From Oscillospiraceae bacterium (GTDB lineage: Bacteria > Bacillota > Clostridia > Oscillospirales > CAG-272): a DNA stretch of 64,000 nt. The notes beneath the pieces are model-generated. The model searched no databases. It saw only the letters and a program-made list of their open reading frames with translations, and was not told the DNA's origin. Of the stretch, positions 52,437-57,927 are shown piece by piece. The stretch's first letter is position 1; each line of letters opens with the position of its first letter. The translations under genes and the position numbers were made by a program. The DNA is taken from assembly GCA_015063545.1 (NCBI GenBank), contig SVTX01000001.1:1842-65841 (forward strand), given 5' to 3'.

Positions 52437-53528
52437 ATGAAAAGATTGATAAAGTCAATTGGATTGATACTCGTGTTCTCCTTTGCTTTTGGATTTTTGT
52501 GCGTAGGATATGCGAAGATTACAAGAGATTTGAATATAGAAGGGCAAGCAGACTATATACCGCCGATTGACGTGTTTATTATTGATGCTGAAGCGCCTGC
52601 CGGTGGTGTTATTAACGGCTATGTTATGTCAACGCTGAACAGCACAGTAACACTGGATAACAATTCAAATTCAAGCGCGAGATTTCTCGTGACCGTTTAC
52701 AACAATACAGGCGAGGAATACGGATACAATGCCACAAAACATCCGGCAGGAGAGGAAACTTATACAAACGTTGACATTGCCTATCGACTGATCAAAGCAG
52801 ATTCGGGCGAGGAGTTGGCATTCAAAACTCCCGTAGCATCGAAATCACATCTTACGTTTTACGTTGAATTTTATTACAAGGACGGCGTAGTGCCCGACGA
52901 TAAGACTTTAAATTCCATCCTTCTGTTTGAGTTTCTTCCAATGAGCGAGCTACCCGAGGATGAGGAGGAGGTAGCGGTGCGCGGCGCGCTTGACAAGTTC
53001 GGGGAGATATTGAATACACCGGAGGACTATAAAACCTTAACCGACTCTATGGATGCTCACGCGGCGGGAAATACGCGCTCGTATATTGGTAATGTTATTG
53101 ACGCAGGCGACACGGATTCCTTGATCGTTGAGGGCTTGTTTGAGGGTGAGCTTACTCTCAATATCAACGGCGAGAATAAGGAAATGACGACAATTATCAA
53201 GCGCGAAAACATCGATGGAAGCACAAGAACGGGTGATTCCTACGATTACTATAATTTCTGGGAGCGAACGGGCTGTGAAATGGTTCTTTATATGACAGAT
53301 GTCGACTTGTCTACGGTTTCCGCAGGAACGCGAGTTACGGTGTACGCTGCGGTATTTACGTGTCAGCAGAGTTCCGGCGGAATTCCTACGGGGCAGTGGT
53401 ATCAGATCGGAGAGCTGTTTAAGGGTACTGCGCAGGTCGTTGCGTACTCAGGCGCAAGCGGAAACGGTTCATTCAATACGGATACGTGGCGCTCCGAAAC
53501 CAATAGGACTATTGAGAATATGATATAA
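52437..53528 (+). CDS. 363-aa exported protein with a class-A N-terminal signal
   Basis: AAGGAGG RBS. N-terminus is MKRLIKSIGLILVFSFAFGFLCVGYAKITRDLNIEGQA, which shares VGYA-x-x-TRDL-x-[VI]-EG-x-A with the 168-aa protein. Confidence 0.6.
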   Translation: MKRLIKSIGLILVFSFAFGFLCVGYAKITRDLNIEGQADYIPPIDVFIIDAEAPAGGVINGYVMSTLNSTVTLDNNSNSSARFLVTVYNNTGEEYGYNATKHPAGEETYTNVDIAYRLIKADSGEELAFKTPVASKSHLTFYVEFYYKDGVVPDDKTLNSILLFEFLPMSELPEDEEEVAVRGALDKFGEILNTPEDYKTLTDSMDAHAAGNTRSYIGNVIDAGDTDSLIVEGLFEGELTLNINGENKEMTTIIKRENIDGSTRTGDSYDYYNFWERTGCEMVLYMTDVDLSTVSAGTRVTVYAAVFTCQQSSGGIPTGQWYQIGELFKGTAQVVAYSGASGNGSFNTDTWRSETNRTIENMI

Positions 53529-53560
53529 AAAAATCCCGACAACCGTCGGGATTTTTTGTT
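53528..53560. terminator. bidirectional terminator (locus 1 / trpS)
   Basis: aaaaaaatcccgac aacc gtcgggattttttg. Confidence 0.75.
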
Positions 53561-53568
53561 TTGCATTA

Positions 53569-54570
53569 TTATCTTACCTGAACGAATCCAAGCTTTTTCT
53601 GTACCTTTGAAAGTGTGCGGCGGGCGACGTATGACGCCTCCTCGGCGCCTTTTTTCATCTGCGCCTCAAGTCCTGCCTTGTCGGAGAGTATTTCATTATA
53701 ACGCTTCTGTACGGGCGCGAGAGCGTCCGCGCAAGCCTCACCGACTGCCAATTTGAATTCGCCGTAGCCTTTGCCGTCGAACTCACGCTCTATCTCGTCG
53801 AATTCCTTGCCTGTAAAGCAGGAATAAATGGACATAAGATTATTTATTCCGTCCTTGCCCTCGGCATAGCGAACAACTGTATCCGAGTCGGTAACGGCTC
53901 TCTTGAACTTGCGGATTATGGTATCCTTATCGTCAAGGATATAAACTATCGCGTTGGGATTTTCATCCGACTTGCTCATTTTTTTCGTGGGATCGGCAAG
54001 CGACATTATTTTCTTTCCGCTTTTTGCGATTATGGGTTCGGGAACAGTGAACAGATCGGGGTAGAGCTGATTCATACGCATAGCGATGTCGCGGCAAAGC
54101 TCGACATGCTGCTTCTGGTCTACGCCCACGGGAACAACGTCTGTCTGATAGAGAAGAATGTCTGCCGCCATGAGCGCGGGGTAGGTGAACAGTCCTGCGT
54201 TGATGTTGTCTGCATGTCGCGCGGACTTATCCTTGAACTGCGTCATTCTTGACAACTCACCAAACATGGTAAAGCAGTTGAGGATCCATGCAAGCTCCGC
54301 GTGCTCGTGGACGTGTGACTGAACGTAAAGAGTGTTCTTTTCGGGATCAAGTCCTGCCGCCATGTAAAGAGCCAATGTCTCGTAAGTGCGGCGGCGAAGG
54401 TCTGCGGGGTTCTGACGCACAGTTATGGCGTGCTCATCAACCACGCAGTAAAAGCACTTATATTTTTCCGAATACGACGCGAAGTTTTTAAGCGCGCCGA
54501 GGTAGTTACCAATGGTGAGATTTCCGCTGGGCTGAATACCAGAGTAGGAAACAAGTTGATTTTGAAACAT
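53569..54570 (-). CDS. trpS: tryptophan--tRNA ligase
   Basis: GIQPSGNLTIGNYLG (HIGH-type) and KMSKS motifs. 333 aa. Confidence 0.92.
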   Translation of the reverse strand: MFQNQLVSYSGIQPSGNLTIGNYLGALKNFASYSEKYKCFYCVVDEHAITVRQNPADLRRRTYETLALYMAAGLDPEKNTLYVQSHVHEHAELAWILNCFTMFGELSRMTQFKDKSARHADNINAGLFTYPALMAADILLYQTDVVPVGVDQKQHVELCRDIAMRMNQLYPDLFTVPEPIIAKSGKKIMSLADPTKKMSKSDENPNAIVYILDDKDTIIRKFKRAVTDSDTVVRYAEGKDGINNLMSIYSCFTGKEFDEIEREFDGKGYGEFKLAVGEACADALAPVQKRYNEILSDKAGLEAQMKKGAEEASYVARRTLSKVQKKLGFVQVR

Positions 54571-54602
54571 ATTGAAACTCCAATTTGAATGTAATTATAA
54601 TG

Positions 54603-54631
54603 AGTATATCACATTCACAGCGTAATTTCAA
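54603..54631 (-). promoter_or_regulatory. sigma-A promoter for trpS
   Basis: Minus strand: TTGAAA, 17 nt, then TATACT with TGn. The leader is only about 30 nt. Confidence 0.5.
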
Positions 54632-54732
54632 GAGGGAAAAAAGATTTTCTGTTCCTTGCGCGAGGGATATAGCTCAAAATTTGGCATTTTGCACAAAAAT
54701 TGCATTTGAGATGATTTTCTTCTTATAAACTA

Positions 54733-54761
54733 TTGCATTTGATTAGGATTTGTGCTATAAT
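54733..54761 (+). promoter_or_regulatory. sigma-A promoter of SipW locus 2
   Basis: TTGCAT, 17 nt, then TATAAT with TGn (tgctataat). Confidence 0.55.
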
Positions 54762-54873
54762 GTTGACAGAATTATACTCATAACTATACGTGTTTGTACA
54801 GTATCAACAAATGTATATACATCATTGTGTGCGAAAAGACGAAAAGCATAAGAACATAAACGGAGGACCCCCA

Positions 54874-55647
54874 ATGGAAGAAAAAATTCAGGCTGCTGAA
54901 CAGCAAGCCGAAGTCAAGAAAAAGAGCGCGAAAGAAAAAGTGCCGACAATAATTGGCATAGTTTTGTGTGCTATTTTGATACCGATGCTCATTATCAACG
55001 TGATAATGATAATAAACAGCTTTGCAAAAAAGGATGAAGTTCCCGGATTCTTTGGCTTTAAGCCCATGATCGTACTTACCGAGTCCATGCATCCTACCAT
55101 AAAGGGCGGCGACCTTATCGTATGTAAGAAGGTTGAGGCTGACGAGATAAAAGAGGGAGATATCATCTCATTCTTCGATCCCATGAGCACCAAGGGCACT
55201 GTTGTAACTCACCGTGTTAAGAAGATAATCCACGAAGACGGAAAAATATATTTCAAAACACGAGGCGATAACAACGCGGGCGATGACTACAAGCCCGTAC
55301 CCGAGGAGAACCTGGTCGGAAGATATTGCTTCCGTATTCCGTGGATAGGCAGAGTGCTTATGTTCATGCAGACTACCGCGGGACTTATCACGTGTATCGG
55401 TGTTCCTCTTGCGCTTCTTATAGGATTTGAGATCTTCCGCAGACGCAAATATGAGAAGGGCAATCAGGAAGACCTCGACCAGATGCGTGCCGAGCTTGAA
55501 GCGCTCCGCGCCGAAAAGGAAAGGCAGGAAGCAGCAGAGGCGGTAGCGGCGGAGCAAGTATCCACCGAAGATCAACTTCAGACTGATGAACCAATTCAAA
55601 CAGACGAAATCCCCACAACCCCGCCCGAAGATAAGGACGAGGGATAA
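54874..55647 (+). CDS. sipW: SipW/Sec11-type signal peptidase I with a long acidic coiled-coil-like C-terminal tail
   Basis: Start at ATG 54874 (GGAGG RBS). LTESMHPTI (Ser), VVTHRV (His) and TRGDNNAGDD motifs, with N- and C-terminal TM helices. The tail reads EDLDQMRAELEALRAEKERQEAAEAVAAEQ... Confidence 0.8.
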   Translation: MEEKIQAAEQQAEVKKKSAKEKVPTIIGIVLCAILIPMLIINVIMIINSFAKKDEVPGFFGFKPMIVLTESMHPTIKGGDLIVCKKVEADEIKEGDIISFFDPMSTKGTVVTHRVKKIIHEDGKIYFKTRGDNNAGDDYKPVPEENLVGRYCFRIPWIGRVLMFMQTTAGLITCIGVPLALLIGFEIFRRRKYEKGNQEDLDQMRAELEALRAEKERQEAAEAVAAEQVSTEDQLQTDEPIQTDEIPTTPPEDKDEG

Positions 55648-55649
55648 AT

Positions 55650-55790
55650 AGCCTTCCCATCGAGGGGAAGGTGGCGCCGTAGGCGACGGATGAGGTGGAG
55701 CACCGACTTGAATAACGGATGCTCCGCATCCTACACCTCATCACCTGCTCCGCAGGAGCTTCTCCTCAGGGAGAAGCCAAAAGGCGGAAT
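55650..55790 (+). other. GC-rich multi-hairpin intergenic element (structured RNA or REP-like element)
   Basis: Nested inverted repeats: ccttccc/gggaagg, gatgaggtg/cacctcatc enclosing gagcaccg/cggatgctc, gctcc/ggagc, and gcttctcc/ggagaagc. The element is much more GC-rich than its flanks. Confidence 0.5.
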
Positions 55791-55902
55791 TTCAACTATT
55801 GTATTATTCTTCCCTCGAAAGCCACGTTCGGGGAGTGAATATATAATTTCCCGAATTTAAAAGGGAAGAATTTAATAAAATTTTAAAAGGAGCATTACTA
55901 CT

Positions 55903-56502
55903 ATGAGAACAAATAAAACATTGAGAATTGCTTCTGTACTTTTGATAGCAGTTCTTATGACCGCTTGCGTAATCGGCGGTACACTTGCTAAGTACACCAC
56001 AACTATTAGCACTCCCGAAGAGAGCGCTCGTGTTGCTAAGTGGAACATCACTTACAATGATCAGGACGCTTCTCAGGTGAGCAACATTACTTTTAACCTT
56101 TTCGACACTACCTATGATGAAACAGTTGCATCTAGCAATAGCGATAAGGTTATCGCTCCCGGTACAGCTGGCGAATTCGAGTTTTCACTTAAGAACCTTT
56201 CCGAAGTTGATGCAGAATACACAATCGCTCTTACTGTTACTAACGATGGTAACATCCCGATTGAATTCTCCGTTGACGGTGGATCAACATGGGCAAGTGA
56301 CCTCTCTGCAGCAAATGTAGCTACAGCAACTGCACTTGATGCAACAGGTGAGACAGTTAGCATCATGTGGCAGTGGGTATATGAGGCAGGCACATCTACA
56401 GTGTATGGCTCTAATACGGATGCCGCTGATACAACTCTTGGTCTTGCAGGAACCGCTGAGGTTACTGTATCCGCTGAGATCGTTATCAACCAGGTAGACT
56501 AA
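55903..56502 (+). CDS. 199-aa TasA/camelysin-like exported protein with a class-B (SipW-cognate-like) signal
   Basis: AAAGGAG RBS. N-terminus is MRTNKTLRIASVLLIAVLMTACVIGGTLAKYTTT (compare TasA GGGTWAAFND). IAPGTAGEFEFSLKNLSEVDAEYTIALT is present. C-terminus is ...IVINQVD. Confidence 0.7.
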   Translation: MRTNKTLRIASVLLIAVLMTACVIGGTLAKYTTTISTPEESARVAKWNITYNDQDASQVSNITFNLFDTTYDETVASSNSDKVIAPGTAGEFEFSLKNLSEVDAEYTIALTVTNDGNIPIEFSVDGGSTWASDLSAANVATATALDATGETVSIMWQWVYEAGTSTVYGSNTDAADTTLGLAGTAEVTVSAEIVINQVD

Positions 56503-56547
56503 TCTACACACTAATTTAAATAGTAATACTTACTAACTAAAATAAAT

Positions 56548-56590
56548 TGCTCCCTGCCGACTACGTGGCAGTTGGCAGGGTAGCAGTTTG
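56548..56590 (+). terminator. hairpin after the tasA-like gene (possible partial terminator)
   Basis: tgctccctgcc ...loop... ggcagggtagca followed by gtttg. The T-run is weak. Confidence 0.4.
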
Positions 56591-56665
56591 AGCCGCGACT
56601 AATACATATCGTATAGCACATAAGCGCATTTTGTGTTATACAATGCGTATTAGAGGGTGGATTTA

Positions 56666-57229
56666 ATGAAGAAAAAGAAACTGATAGGAAGAATAGTACT
56701 TATACTTGTCATAAGCCTTCTGTTCGGTTTTTGCGCGTACAAGATAAGCGCGACAGGTTTCGCGGGCAATCAGCTTCCCATGCCGTTTGGATTCGGCATG
56801 TCGGTAGTACAGTCGGGAAGTATGGAGCCTGAACTTTCCGTGGGCGATCTTATAATAGTACAGAAGACCAAAAACTACGAGCTCGGAGACATGATAGTAT
56901 TTCAGTCGGGACGTTCTCTTGTTGTACACCGAATAGTCGCTATGGACGATCAAAAGGTAGTTACAAGAGGAGATGCCAACAACGCGGCGGATGAGGAATA
57001 CGTAAAATACGACAGTATCAAGGGCGAGGTCACGGGAGTAGTTCCTAAGATAGGATACGTCGTTGACGTTTTAAAGTCAACTCCCGTTATGGTAACGCTG
57101 TTGGCGCTTTCGGTAGTGCTTTACGTGCTTTCCTTGAAAAAGGAGCGCAGAGAACGGGTCGCGGAAAATAAAGACAGAGATGATCTTCAGCGTCAGATAG
57201 ACGAGCTGAAGAACCAGCTTGGCAAGTAA
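56666..57229 (+). CDS. sipW: SipW/Sec11-type signal peptidase I
   Basis: Start at ATG 56666. SGSMEPEL (Ser), LVVHRIV (His) and TRGDANNAADE motifs, two TM helices and a short charged tail (DRDDLQRQIDELKNQLGK). Confidence 0.82.
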   Translation: MKKKKLIGRIVLILVISLLFGFCAYKISATGFAGNQLPMPFGFGMSVVQSGSMEPELSVGDLIIVQKTKNYELGDMIVFQSGRSLVVHRIVAMDDQKVVTRGDANNAADEEYVKYDSIKGEVTGVVPKIGYVVDVLKSTPVMVTLLALSVVLYVLSLKKERRERVAENKDRDDLQRQIDELKNQLGK

Positions 57230-57275
57230 CCATTATATTAAAGGTAGAAAAGAGATTTCAAATGGAGGTGATTCC

Positions 57276-57926
57276 ATGAGAAAATTGAATATACCCGTGT
57301 GGAGAATAGCGCTTATTCTGCTTGCGGCGTTCGGCATTACGATGCATCTGAGCGCGGGATTGTACGCAAAGTACACGTCGCGAACCGATGGAGATTCGGA
57401 AGTGCGTGTCGCTAACTTTGACGGTGGCTCTGTGCGACTTCCGGCAAGCTCGATACAGAGTGGGGTAAGCACAGTTACAAAATCGGGGAATCACGTATTC
57501 GTATCCTCGTGCGAGGTAGTGTTTGATGCGTGTGAGGTATCAAGAAGATTTACTCTTACCGTTTCCACTACTGACGAGATGCTTTCCTTTGCGTGTCCTG
57601 AGGGTAATCTCTACACACTTGAAAGCTGCGGAGGAAGTGTTGCGTTTTCGAAGGAAGACGTAGAGTGTACGCTTGACGTAGCTTCGGGCAAGGCATACGT
57701 TGCAATTGCCGACATTACAGACGGTGTAGCAAGCTACACGTGGTATGAAGCGCAGGTCAGCAACGACGGCAAGACGCTTACCGCGGTAAGTGATAAGCTT
57801 ATCACGATGGACGCGGAGAGCTATAGCGTTAAGGTGCTGTACTTTAGTAATTTGACAGGCATCGGAGAGGAATACTCCGAGGATGTAAATATAACATTCA
57901 ACTTAAACTGCGAACAGGTGGATTGA
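57276..57926 (+). CDS. 216-aa exported protein with a class-B signal, paralogue of the 199-aa tasA-like protein
   Basis: Start at ATG 57276 (GGAGG RBS). N-terminus is MRKLNIPVWRIALILLAAFGITMHLSAGLYAKYTSR. It shares RVA(K/N)(W/F) and the C-terminal ...N.(E)QVD with the 199-aa protein. Confidence 0.6.
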   Translation: MRKLNIPVWRIALILLAAFGITMHLSAGLYAKYTSRTDGDSEVRVANFDGGSVRLPASSIQSGVSTVTKSGNHVFVSSCEVVFDACEVSRRFTLTVSTTDEMLSFACPEGNLYTLESCGGSVAFSKEDVECTLDVASGKAYVAIADITDGVASYTWYEAQVSNDGKTLTAVSDKLITMDAESYSVKVLYFSNLTGIGEEYSEDVNITFNLNCEQVD

Positions 57927-57927
57927 T

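Noticed and set aside
54571-54790. A T-box leader was expected upstream of trpS.
   Set aside because: I read the minus strand of the whole interval. There is no T-box consensus, no specifier or antiterminator architecture, and the predicted promoter leaves only about 30 nt of leader.
55690-55863. A 57-codon ORF (MRWSTDLNNGCSASYTSSPAPQELLLREKPKGG...) inside the GC-rich hairpin element.
   Set aside because: It has no usable RBS, and its low-complexity composition is dictated by the palindromic GC-rich DNA. It is more parsimonious as a structured RNA/DNA element than as a peptide gene.
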